NCBI GenBank assembly: GCA_964199315.1
Contig: OZ116707.1
Location: forward strand, 9,052,001-9,116,000
Length of the DNA stretch: 64,000 nt
DNA from: Orbicella franksi
Taxonomy: Eukaryota
Direction of reading: 5' to 3'
The translations under genes and the position numbers were made by a program. The notes beneath the pieces are model-generated. The model ran no database searches. It saw only the letters and a list, made by a program, of their open reading frames with translations, and was not told the origin of the DNA. Below, one piece after another: positions 14,501 through 25,633 of this stretch (positions within the stretch are counted from its first letter, which is position 1; the number at the start of each line of letters is the position of its first letter).

Positions 14501-14824
14501 CTGTAGACCAAGGTACAGCCACCAAAATATACCAGCATGAAGCGGATTCTACTGTGAAATGAACTCCCACTAAAATATAGAGATATAGTAAAATATGTCG
14601 GCCATTATTAAATCTTCGATTCTGATTCCATCTTTCCCACTTTGAGCACTTCATAAAGGTAGTTGACCTAAACACAAGAAATTACTTCTTTAATAAACGC
14701 ATTTCAGTAGGACATATTTCATTTTCACATCTACTGCCTAATTACCTTTGTCGATTTTGTTGATGTACCTGCCATCCACTTTGTTCCATATCACATTTGC
14801 CAAGAGAAAAACAATGACCCACAT
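2583..14824 (-). CDS. Large secreted extracellular-matrix/adhesion protein (~1856 aa): signal peptide - WSC-like domain - TSP1 repeat - 738-aa low-complexity spacer - VWA - 359-aa spacer - VWA - VWA
   Basis: Ten GT-AG exons with consistent phases: 14824-14746 (MWVIVFLLANVIWNKVDG signal), 13458-13216 and 12835-12796 (LGCWRD...NGGQCFAS...GKGGPWSIQVY, WSC-like), 12518-12319 (WSPWTQCSKTCSGG, TSP1), 11173-8960, 8577-8035 (VWA1), 7214-6138, 5284-4715 (VWA2), 3601-3016 (VWA3), 2601-2583 (RRDEGD*). Total 5571 nt, a multiple of 3. The last exon and the VWA3 acceptor are least certain; read-through of the 3016 donor would stop at 3000. Confidence 0.85.
2632..2786. mobile_element. Near-palindromic MITE in the last intron of the VWA gene
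   Basis: About 50-bp imperfect TIRs: TAGACCAATTTCGATATATTAAAATTCAGCCTAAAACAATAGACCTCAG and CTGAGGTCCATTGTTTTAAGTTGAATTTTAATATATTGAAATTGGTCAA. Confidence 0.75.
3690..4010. repeat. Three degenerate tandem repeats of about 95-110 bp in the VWA2-VWA3 intron
   Basis: Recurring G(T/G)GTTA(G/C)A(T/A)GA...GA(A/G)G...A..T.TCTG(A/T)(C/T)AG blocks starting near 3758, 3866 and 3956. Confidence 0.5.
4516..4670. mobile_element. TA-flanked MITE (Tc1/mariner-like ends)
   Basis: TIR TAGAGCGGTTTTCAATTGA...TCAATTGAAAACCGCTCTA; second copy at 54982-55132. Confidence 0.85.
11586..11979. mobile_element. Non-autonomous DNA element with CCCCGG ends, AAATAGGG internal repeats and a 7-bp direct flank
   Basis: Ends CCCCGG..TACTC / GAGTA.CCCCGGGG; TGGTTAA on both sides (11579-11585, 11980-11986). 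Partial copies at 31261-31567 and about 27505-27650 (inverted). Confidence 0.75.
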
Positions 14825-16578
14825 GTTGAACTGTGTTTGCCCCAACAAACTTTGATATTTCTCTTCTTACGGCTTGGAACGGTCCAGGCAAATCTCGGTT
14901 CACTAACATTTGCCCCAGAAAAGACAAAAACACAAACATCAGTAGCTGAGGAAGGATATTGAAGGAAAACTTAGTCTACCACCTAAAAACGAATGATGTA
15001 ACTCGTACCACTTTAGGCCAAGAGAGATCTGGCTGGTTCCGGTAAAACAAAAACAATGAAAACAAAAACGTCTGTAACTGTTTTGTTTTCGAAGGGACCG
15101 GCTCAAGAAATGTGAATATCGTTACCTTAAATGGCAAAGGGAGGCATTCTGATATTTGTCAATGTCCGTAAATCGCTTTTTAGCACGACTTAACCAAGAG
15201 GAAATTCATAAATTTCAGAGTCCTTGATGACAAATGATCAAGAACAAATTTGTCTCGTGAATTTTTCATAAAGAAATTCTTAAAAATTAATAGCTCGTAA
15301 CCTAACAACCGTAAAAGGAGACCATAAACTCTATTTCCCCTCTTAAAAATTTACGAAAGGCAAATACGCCGGGATAAACAAAGAAACGGCTTCTTAGCCG
15401 GGCAGAAAATCATTGTCAAAGGACCAGAAGGCGACATTAGAAAATCTATGTTGTGAAGAAACCTGGGTAACTTTTTCTTTTAGGACAAAGGAGTGATTTA
15501 CTCAACTACACCATTTCTGGTTTTCGTGCAAAGTTCAACACCTTAATTTCGAACTAACTTTTTTGTGCCATATCAATAGATTGTCCTGTACGCAGGCACT
15601 GAGAGTAAAGATTGTCGTGAACATTAAGGGAAGATCACATCAATGATTTTTGATCATTTCTTAACTAACTTTGTGAGTGTTGCATAGCAAAGTACTGGTG
15701 GAGAAAAATACGTTAAAGACGCGGTAGATTGGCAATAGCTGGTGATACGGGTAACAGCAGTTCCGAATTGTTGAGCCCAATGAGAAACGGTGACCCGTAA
15801 CATCTCAGTCCATAGACACGTGACTTTTAGCTGTTAAACAAACTTATCTTCTTGTTTTGTAACAGAACCAAACCGCCAAAATCGACCCGCTAAAAGAATA
15901 AAAGTTTTTAACCCCGAACCAGTTTTACGTTTGCAGTTTGTTCGTTATGTTTCGTTTGTATAGTATCTTAGTGATTGTTTGGAAAAAATAAGAATGCTGT
16001 AATTTTGGGAGAGGTTTTCGCTTTAGTTTATTGTAATAACAAATAGACGGGGTTGATCAAATCCATCACAGCAAATCGACTAGGTAACGATTATGGTCGA
16101 TCCTCGTGTGGGTTCACATTTTATCCGCCTTTGGGCAATGTGGAATTAACATATCACTTACCTGGTCATACCCCTGTATTGAATTCCATCACAAAATCTT
16201 AAGTCGACGTTTTTAAACCACCCCAAGCATGTAATCATGTTTCACAGTTGACATTTTCTTTTGGGGCTAGCCTCAAGTGTCAACTGTCCTTTTTTAACAT
16301 CGATGTTCATTATGTTCCCGATCATGTGCTCTGGTTTGGGAGCAAAGGGAAATGGTTGCCCAATCGGAAGTAGGTAAGCTCTCGTTTACAGCATGCTGGA
16401 AATTCTGTCAGTTGCGGCAGGAATCCTAACAAATTAGAATACAAGTTGGGGAATATACACAACTAGTGATGACGTTTCAATGCTGCAAATGTTAATACAA
16501 TCCTCGGACTCTTGCTTCCCTTCCTTAAAAAGGGTGGTGGGATAAGAGAGTTTAGGGACCTTACTGGACTATGGTAAT

Positions 16579-16580
<2 letters not shown>

Positions 16581-16613
<33 letters not shown>

Positions 16614-16690
16614 TTTTTTTTCTTAATTTACACATTACAGTTGGACTGGCCCGCGGATACTTGTGCTAATCTGGCCGGGCCAGTCTATCA
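16581..16690 (-). mobile_element. (TTGA)n-tailed fragment with a GACTGGCCC/GGGCCAGTC stem, probably the 3' end of a LINE
   Basis: (AATC)7.5 at 16581-16610 next to a T-run and a 9-bp inverted repeat. The element class is inferred. Confidence 0.4.
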
Positions 16691-17440
16691 ATAGTTACAA
16701 ATGTTGTTTTTTACCAATAAATAGAAAAATAGAAAGTTAGGAAAAAAAGTCAATAAAATAATAAAAAGAAAACGAATGAAAAGAATGATAAAAGAAGTGA
16801 GGGGTTATAATACATGATATGATACTACGAACTGTAACAGATGTAGCCAGCTGCTCGAGATAAAAAGTGTGGTCCTGCGTGGTGGTCATAGAGTCTCGGC
16901 GAACAAAGAGAACGATGGGAAAGAATATTTTTCTGAAGAATACAGGAAGTCTCTTTTGGAACAGGCTTGGAAGCATTTTGTTTGTGTCCATGACAAACGT
17001 TGCGTGTTCGGTTAAACAGGGAAACCTTCTTGGGAAATCTACGGACTTGGCCATCGTATTTATAGCTCTCATGTTCTTATAACCCAGTTTGGTTAGTATG
17101 AACGGTGAATCTTTCCAGCTCTTTGAGTCAAGGTCAAGGTCAAGACCGGACAATCTCGGTTAATAAGATATTTATTATCTATTCAAAATAAGGTCAACCA
17201 AAATTTATAGAATAGTATGAAAGTACAAAATCAAAAGGGCATCACAGACGAAAAACCTGGGCAAAATAGGTCATAAACCTATTGCATACTTGCAATGGTC
17301 ACAGCCATTTTGTTCAAGAACGTGTGATTCAACAGATTACGTTATTGTAAGTAACTTTGCTCTATTAACTTTCACAGAATTTCTTCGAGATGTATTTCTT
17401 CCAGATGTGTAATCCATTGCAGCTCACTCGCCAGCTGCTC

Positions 17441-20400
17441 TTAATTTTTTTCCTGCTTTCTTCTCTTTAGTTCATCGGAGATGAATGTTATGAGTTGATC
17501 TTCGGCCGCTCTTTGTACATTATCACTATAATGCACGTGATCTAATGTACCGTTAGGATATGAGGCGGTCATGGGATACACGTCCAGCACAGGGATACGA
17601 GCTTTACACATAGCACTGACTGCATACTTATGGTACAACTCCAGTCTCTAAGGGAGTGGAGCAACAGGAAAGGTTAGTATTTGGTTTTAAAGATTTCTTC
17701 CGTGATTCCATGAAAAGTAAACAGAACCGTCAACAGCTTTGCTGTTTCTAGTGTAAAGTATGAAGCTGCTTATAGTTCACCACTCAATTTTCTCCGATTC
17801 TTATTGGTTTTAATTGGTTTCCGGACGCAATAGTATTCATCGGTGGAGAGACACTATCTACCCATAGTGTCCGTCCGAGAAAAATACCCGCATGAATAGT
17901 ACTCGTCCGTGAAAAGTTTTCACGCTGTACCCAAATTCAGGCTGTGCGCATGAATAAATATTTGATTGATCCGCGTTCAGTGGGTTTTGTCTGCCGTTTT
18001 CCTTTTCAAATTTTGCATTGCGATTTCACGCCTTTCATCTAAAAAAGCTGAAAGTAATTTAATATGATTTTTGAACTAGAGCGGGAAAACATTTAGCGTG
18101 GTGAACAATGAAGACATTAGTAACGCTGTGCATGGACACCGTATAAACAATAGAGTGTTTCTGTGGAGGAACTATCGGCTGATAGCTACCCCGCTGAAAT
18201 TTGATGTTCTCGAAACAAATATTTGCCCAAGAAGAAGCCTCGAGGGCAAATACGCTAGTTTTAAGAACATCAAAGTTAGAAGGAGGAACTATCAGACCGA
18301 TAAACACTCTATTGCATTCTAATTTTATGGGATGCCTTATATCATTATTATACCTGATGAGTATGGAATCTCCAGTGAGTTAAGTTTGTAGGAAGTTCTG
18401 CATACATTTTATGAACATTCTCTTTTTCTATGGACGTTGTTGTTTTCCAAATAGGAATTGCCATGTCTCCGTTCTTCTCAATAGTCTTGCTCTTTAAAAG
18501 TTTCACAATATTATCTATGAGGCGTCTGTAGGTTGTAAAATTTAGCGATATGGAGAAATGGACTCCGAGGTTGAAGAGAAATACACTGTTGTGGGTCGTC
18601 ATATCCGGAGAGTCAAGAATGTCAGCCATGTGTTGGAGGACAATGGTCTCGTTGAAGTCGTTTGGCTCAAACTTTGTTTTTGCTTCTTGTTCGCTTGTCA
18701 GCTGAGAAGTTAACGAAAAGAAAGATATTTAGTCTGCTCAAAATTGTTTCTTTTTCCCTTTGCAAGTAAAAGAAAAATATTGAGCAGAACAACAGCTATG
18801 AAGAAATATGACAGAGTTTTAACAAAGACATTTTCCACTCAGACTGGGAGAAGATTCCTTTATTTCATTTTCTACGTGTTTCTGTCGAATTACAGAAACA
18901 GTTGTGGAGCTTTGGAAAGTTTGAAATCTGGAAGGTGAGGAGAGAATGTGCAGGAAAACCCTATTGGCACCCCATCCAAACTTCAACTTAAAATCGAGGA
19001 AAAGCGAGGAAAGCTAAACGGAAAAGTGAGATAATAAAATACTAAGAGATGTTTTAGCTCCATAATGATAAACCAATTAAATGTTTCGAAAATTGGTTGA
19101 TTGAAAATAACCTGTTGGTCTTCTCATTGGCTGTCCAATCTTCTGCAAGTTTCTCGTTATGGACAAAAGAGATAAGTTAAGACAGTACTAACAGATATGC
19201 ATATAACCATACCTCGTATACCCACATATAAGAGCTTGTGCACTTTTGAAAGTGCTTTTTACATATTCCTCGCGATTGAAGTGATTTTAAGAAACGTTGA
19301 GAGACAGAATCACCATAAATCCACAGTGTATCTGCCGGTGCAACTTGCCTCCCTTCAACTATCGTTGAATTGGAACCTGATTAAAAAAGGAAAGGAAACA
19401 TTCTCTGAAACGAGTTTTTGACAGGTATTGATTTATTGACAACCACTCTAACAAGATATGTCATGGTGTCATTGTTTAAAAACTTCTGTAAACCAAACTT
19501 TATTCATTCTTCTGTAACTTAACTGTTGAAAAAAGAATTGTAATTAAACAAATAAAGGCAAAAAAAGAAAAAAAAGATATGTCTATGGGTCAGACGGGGT
19601 TTGAGTGTTGTGGAGTAGAGACTGATTGAGGAAAGTGAAAGTGAGGGGAGGGGAGAAGGGAAGGTTGGAGAGGAAGCCTTGCAACTTAAAAGAGCTGTAC
19701 TTTGTTAAATTCTGCAGGCTTGTAGCTTGAAACATAATTAATTATTTGTGTTTATTTGTGTTGATTCATGATTACCTCAACTATGTATTAACTGGATTCT
19801 CATCAATATTAATATCAGTAACTGTTTAAAACGAGTCGGCTTTAACCACATTTATGGCCCTAGACGAAGCCTGCAAAAAATTATCTTGTGTCCTTCAAGG
19901 CTTGTTGTTAAAATGAGAAGTAATATCTTACCCTGTGCATAAGGCCGCCAAACACCGCTGATCCATCTACCAAATCCATTCTGTAGAAGGTTGCACGAAA
20001 CACCACAATTCATTGCTGTGTTCGCTGCATGGGAATCATTAGATGCAAATTTGAAAAGTGCAAACTGTGTTGAAGTTGGCCTATTATTAATGTTAACACA
20101 GAAATAACTTAATATTTCGCAGAAAATCTACCATAAGGTGAAGAAATAAAGTTTAGTTTAGTCAAAGGTGTGTTTCAATGTCTCTGTCTATCTACTAATC
20201 TGCTCACCATTAACCTTTTCATCTTCAACAATGAATACATCTGTATTATATACCAAATAAAAAAAAACAACAACAAAACATTCCAACTTTAACTGTTTAG
20301 CAGCCGTACCTAGAGAAGATTGTGTCAAAGAAGCATCAGTGATGAGGTCTCCATTTTGTTGTACTGAGAAAGTGAAGGTCGATTGCCCTCCAAGAGATTC

Positions 20401-21673
20401 CAAGATAGAGTCATCACCGATGTATCCCAAGATTCCGTCAGGCTGATATTTGCCTTGGATTGTTCCTATTCAGTAAGCACAATCTGTTAATTTCCAGGCG
20501 TATTAAAAGCGTTCCGAATTCTAACTGATGACCTGTATTCCACCCAAACATAGTTGTGTTTCTCAACGAGTTCATTTGGAAGAAAGGCGACAATTTTCTT
20601 CCCCGTCCTTTTCATGAATTTTCGCACGGAACACTCTAACAACACAAACCAAGCCGAGTAAAGTATTGGTCTTGTTTAAGTTTTGATTTTAATTTCGGTT
20701 TTCAATCCTGATGCTACCAGTAGAGTTGTTAATTTCCCCTGACTATGTGATGAAGAAAGTCCATCATTTGTCCTCCGCCTTCCCTAACGTTTCTTAGGTT
20801 ATTTCATTCTCTTGGGTGAAGAGGGACACGAGTTATGAGAGTAAAAAATATATCTTATAGAGTCCAGACCTCTAATGAACCAATCCACTGGTGGTTCTCG
20901 CAGACCATCACACAGAGTAAAATCCAGTGTTATCTGAGCAGTGTAGGTACCAGGCTCCATTACCAAGAACGCCACTTCGTACATTCCATTGTTGTGGTCC
21001 CATACTTGCGGCGCGAGTGATGCCGGGCCTTGTCTGATGTAGATTCGCCAAGCGTCTCCACCGGAGGTTTTAATGCGACCATTTTTTGTGACGGATTGAA
21101 TATAGAAACGACTGAAGTGACCTAATAAATAAATTGTAGATACGTGTTTTAAAATATATTCCGACAGCAATGCATATTTTGAGTTGTTAGCTATAGGTTA
21201 GCTGGTTGCAGCTATTGGCAGACTTGTCCAGCATCAGGAACCCATCACTAGGAGCATGCAACTCTCATAGTAAGCCTATGTCGCAGCATTTTTACAGCCC
21301 GGTCTATTTTTAGGCTGCAGAGCAGGTATGAGATATTTCATTCTCTTTACTTACCTGCTGGCAGTATCTCCCAACCTTTAATAAAACTTCTCCTCGCATC
21401 AGTCCTCCTGTCCGAGTTAACTTGTCTTTGGTTCCAGGCTACTTGACCCTCGCAAGGCTTGGCCATTATTTCCCAGTCTACGCGCCATCTATGCATTCTA
21501 CACCACTGTTTGTGGAAATCCCTTATGATAGTTTCTTTAACTCCACATATGGGTTTCACGTTCGTACCCAAATAATATAATCTCCACGTGATATGCAGTG
21601 TTGTTATGGCAACTCCAAGGAGAAGGATGTTGACCAGGCGTGGACAGAAGATTCGATGAGCTCGGCATCCCAT
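17441..21673 (-). CDS. NXPE/PC-esterase-like type II membrane SGNH-fold O-acyltransferase/esterase (~512 aa)
   Basis: Seven phase-compatible exons: 21673-21355, 21121-20870, 20465-20310, 20024-19932, 19376-19213, 18701-18354, 17647-17441 (1539 nt). N-terminal signal-anchor (LVNILLLGVAITTLHITW); NXPE-type Ig-like segment (SGGDAWR...DHNNGMYEVAFLV); WIYGDS nucleophile motif; FNLGVH; C-terminal DHVH (DxxH). AATAAA at 17176-17171 on the minus strand. Confidence 0.85.
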
Positions 21674-22579
21674 TCCTAGACAACGAATTAAAAGTACGAC
21701 ATTCTTTTCAAACAAGGCAAAAATGACTGTAGTACTGCGTAGTTTTGTAATTGCAATCAACATTTTGCCGTGAGATAAGTGAGACATGATTCGTACTGAT
21801 GCCACACTGTTTGTGTATTTATTGAACACTAAATTCTGGCATCGGGTTTTACGTGACGGCAATTCATTGAGTTTTCTACAGTAGTTTAATTTGAATAAGT
21901 ATACATTTCACAAGTGAATAGTGCTTTCGCGCATTCTGACTGGCTGGCTCACAGGTGAATAGCACGTACTATTTTTAGCCTTCAACGGATCTTTTAGGGT
22001 GGCACTCGAAGAAATTGCAAAAAAATGTCATTTCAGTTAGTGTTATCTTTTTAGGGCTGATTAAAGCCTGGACTGTCTGGCCGGGTTCGGTGGTTTATGA
22101 TTTCATTCAGAGCGTTGCAGGTTCGGTGACCGCTAATCGAAAACGTGCGGGCTCTGGGAACGAGACTTCTTTTGAGAGAACTGACTCAACATGCCAAATG
22201 CTGTATATAACGAACAAGGTACAGTTCTTACAAGAACAAACTAGCCATAGGATTTTTGTTGAAGTATTAACCTTCAGCGCAGGAGTTTAACTGAGTATCT
22301 GAAATAAACCTAAACAAGAAAAGAAATGGCCAAAAGGTTTTACTCCAACGTTCTGTTTCGGCTTTGATATCCATGCCGTCAGAACAGCTGCAGACAAACG
22401 GTTAAAAATATAAGTGGTTAAGGACCAAATAAATTTTTGCTGACATCTTTTTCACCGCTCGCATCCCCTCAAGCGACACTAGAATATAGTTTGTATCGAC
22501 GAAGCTACAAATAAGAACAACTCGCCGTTGAACTTCGCGCATTTAAAGGGATTTTGCATTTTGGACCGCGTTAGTTCGC

Positions 22580-22816
22580 GTTGTTCGAAATCCGGTTAAC
22601 GCTTACCAAGAATCAAGAGTTAACCAAAATATTAATCTCATAATTCTTGTGCAAAAATGCTTTTCACTGCATATTTCTTGTGTAGTTTGAGATTATTCAA
22701 ATTCAGAACTGAAGGCAAGACAAAATAAACAGATGACCCTCACCGCAAGGTTACAAAACTCAAATCAAAATTTCGCTTATCCTGGGTTACCTTAATGGGG
22801 CTTTGAATAACTCGGC
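22580..22816. mobile_element. Diverged copy (opposite orientation) of the 1084-1328 MITE
   Basis: Collinear similarity along its length to the reverse complement of 1092-1320 (e.g. GTTACAAAA...AAATCAAAATT...ATCCTGGGTTA). Confidence 0.7.
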
Positions 22817-24090
22817 TGATAATTACAAAGCAATCTCAACAAGGAATTTAAAAGAAAAAAACTCACATCAATCTTGGTAAAGATCCACCGGATGGAATAG
22901 AATCAGTCGTTATTGCACTTTGCAAATAAACAGATTTTGTGGAAAAGTGTGTTGTTGTTCTTAGTTGTTGCTAGGAAACCAAACTGCCTCAAGAAACCTT
23001 TGCTAAACTCTGCAAGGAGAATTACCATACGCATGCCTGCGGAATAAAACTTTGTGATTAAAAGAACAAAATGAAGCAGAATTTTGATGGAAGGAAGGTA
23101 AAAATTTCACTACAAAAGTTGTAAAAATTTCAAATTTCGGAAAATATTTTAGAGTTGTGTTTCCGCACTTTTGACAATTTAGTGAGTTTGTCAATTTTGA
23201 TGAATCAACATTCCTACTTGTTAGTTCACAGTTGCTTAGTAAAACGGAAAGACAAAAAGCTCAGGTTTAAAAAATTCACCTTACTATTATGTACATTTAA
23301 ATAAATAAATGGTCCAGAAAAGTCACTAATAAAACAAAAGTTCTTTGTAAATTATCTTCAGTTTCTGTATTACACGCCAGCAGCCAGTTATTAGAAATCG
23401 AGCAATTGCCTTGCAATTAAAGTACCGTGCTATTAGCGTACCAATCAGGATATACAACACAATACACACCGCCTACATCTGGAAGCGCATAGATAGAAGC
23501 CCAAAATCTCCGTACAGGCCAAGGAATAATTTCTATTCCCCTTGCATAAAACTTGTGAAACCAATAATCGAAAGTTTTGTTTTCTACTCAAATCCTCTAA
23601 AACGAAATTTTTTTCATTAAAAATAGTTGCCTTTGCACTTTGGTCGGCAGACCTGCACAAAATGGTAAACGTATGTACGCATTCTTATTAGGACCGGTAA
23701 AAATGCATTTTGTTTTAAAGAAGAGCTGCAGTGTGGGTGGAGAGAGGCGGTGGCGGGGGGAGGGAGAGGAGGGGGGGGGGGAACGGAGGGAGCCCTAAGG
23801 TGACAATGCAGGCGATATTAGTCATCCATTTTTTTTGGGGGGGGGGTGGGGAGAAATGGCGGATTAATTCAATTTAACCTGTTCTGTTTCAATTTTTTCA
23901 CAGTTGTCGATTTTATGGTACCTCTTAGGATAGCTTTACATTGGAGGAAGTAAATGAATAAGACTTTAATGTTTTCACGATATGAAATTTGAATAGCCTT
24001 CTTTGTAGAACTTACCTTATTGTACCCATAACAGTTTGAAATAGCTTACGAGAAAATCTTCATCTTGATGCGCTGTGTTATCAGTTTAAC

Positions 24091-24272
24091 AAATTGACGT
24101 CAGTTTTTTATGCGTCTGTCCTCTTATTGATGATAAATTACGTCATAACATTGTCAAAGTGGCTGTGGAACCACGAGCCGCAGGCGAGTGGTTCCGCAGT
24201 AAACTTTGACAATGTCATGACGAAATTTATCATCAATAAGAAGACAGACGCATAAAAAAATGATGTCAATTT
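24091..24272. repeat. Long imperfect palindrome (arms of about 70-85 bp) around the core CCACGAGCCGCAGGCGAGTGG
   Basis: AAATTGACGTCAGTTTTTTATGCGTCTGTC...CATTGTCAAAGT is mirrored by ACTTTGACAATG...GACAGACGCATAAAAAAATGATGTCAATTT. A related fragment (CTCTTATTGATGATAA) recurs at 24525-24540. Confidence 0.8.
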
Positions 24273-24684
24273 GTTTTTTACAATATCAAGACCCCAAACT
24301 GGTCAATTGCCGTTAATGAATGAGTGGAAAAGACGCGTAAACTTGCCGTAAACAAAGATACGTGAACTTTATTCAAAATGACGCGAACATTGTCAATAGC
24401 TTTTCTCGCTCTTTGATTGGCTGCTTAAAAAAGTCCATAAAAACTCATGGTTAAAAAGTTGACAGTTTGACAGCTGAAAGTTGAACTTGAAAGCTTGCAT
24501 AAATTAAAATTTTATCCGTCTATACTCTTATTGATGATAAAAATGAGCCAATCAGCGGGCGAGAAATTAGACAGTTACTGTAAAATAAATTTTTGACAAT
24601 TGTTCAGCTGCCTGATGAGCAAAAAAGAAAGTTCAATTCATCAGATCTTAGCTATCAGGTTAAAAAAGAAAACGAAACAAAACT

Positions 24685-24685
<1 letters not shown>

Positions 24686-24716
<31 letters not shown>
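24686..24716. repeat. (CAA)10 microsatellite
   Basis: Read directly from the sequence. Confidence 0.9.
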
Positions 24717-24717
<1 letters not shown>

Positions 24718-25633
24718 GCACTGAACAACAATAAACACAAAAGAATAACGAAACAAAACAACGGCATTTGTCAACTACAGGTAATATGTGAACCAATATA
24801 CCTTGAGCGGTTTGTTGCCCCATTTCAGACCATATGAGTGATACTCTTGAGAATTCTTCCTTTTAAATTTTCAAACAGTAATGTGTATATGAATGAATAA
24901 TTTTTAGATGGATAAAAGAATAATTCTCTAGAGAATATGACATGGTCTGTAATGGGAAAACAAACTGCCCAAGCTAAAGAGGTCTATTCTCAACTATGTT
25001 TCAATGGATTGAAACTCAATCAGTGATTGCGTTGAATTTGGATCGATCTCTTTGATATTGAGGGCCGAGTTGAAACTGAAATCCTTCGTCGAAAGTTTAT
25101 TAATTGCCGACCAAGTTAATAGTATTGTAGGGTCACATTTTGATCATAAGCAAAATAACAACCTACTCTAAAAGAGTGAAAAAAGGTTGGTGAAAGATTG
25201 TTACCTGTGCTGCGATTGGCGCTCGAGATTAACCGCTGTTTTCAGCGGGAAAATTGTGTTCTTTATGCCATATAATAATTCGTTTATTGAACAAAGCTTG
25301 TTGCGTATTTAGGGACCTCCGGTAACATTCATTCATGGGTAACTTTGTTTCGTTACCATTTAATGTGGTCTTTTACACGATTGAGATGAACAAATTATAA
25401 CAATAATCATTTGTCAACGACATGAGCCCTTTTGATGAGTATGTCATTATGGTCTTAGAGCCAATGTCGAGGCAAAATATTGTTTACATAGAAAGACGAA
25501 GAAAACAAAACAAAAAAACCCCACGCTTGGTCGATAATCCGTATCTATCATAATTAGATGCAAAATGAAAAAAATCTATAGTTTTTTTATGCAAGAATCG
25601 ATTGCTCATACAGAGTGACTATTGACGATCCAA

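Noticed and set aside
16737-17153. 138-aa minus-strand ORF after the NXPE-like polyA signal
   Set aside because: TTG start, no recognisable motif, runs into AT-rich low-complexity sequence, and has no compatible splice partner.
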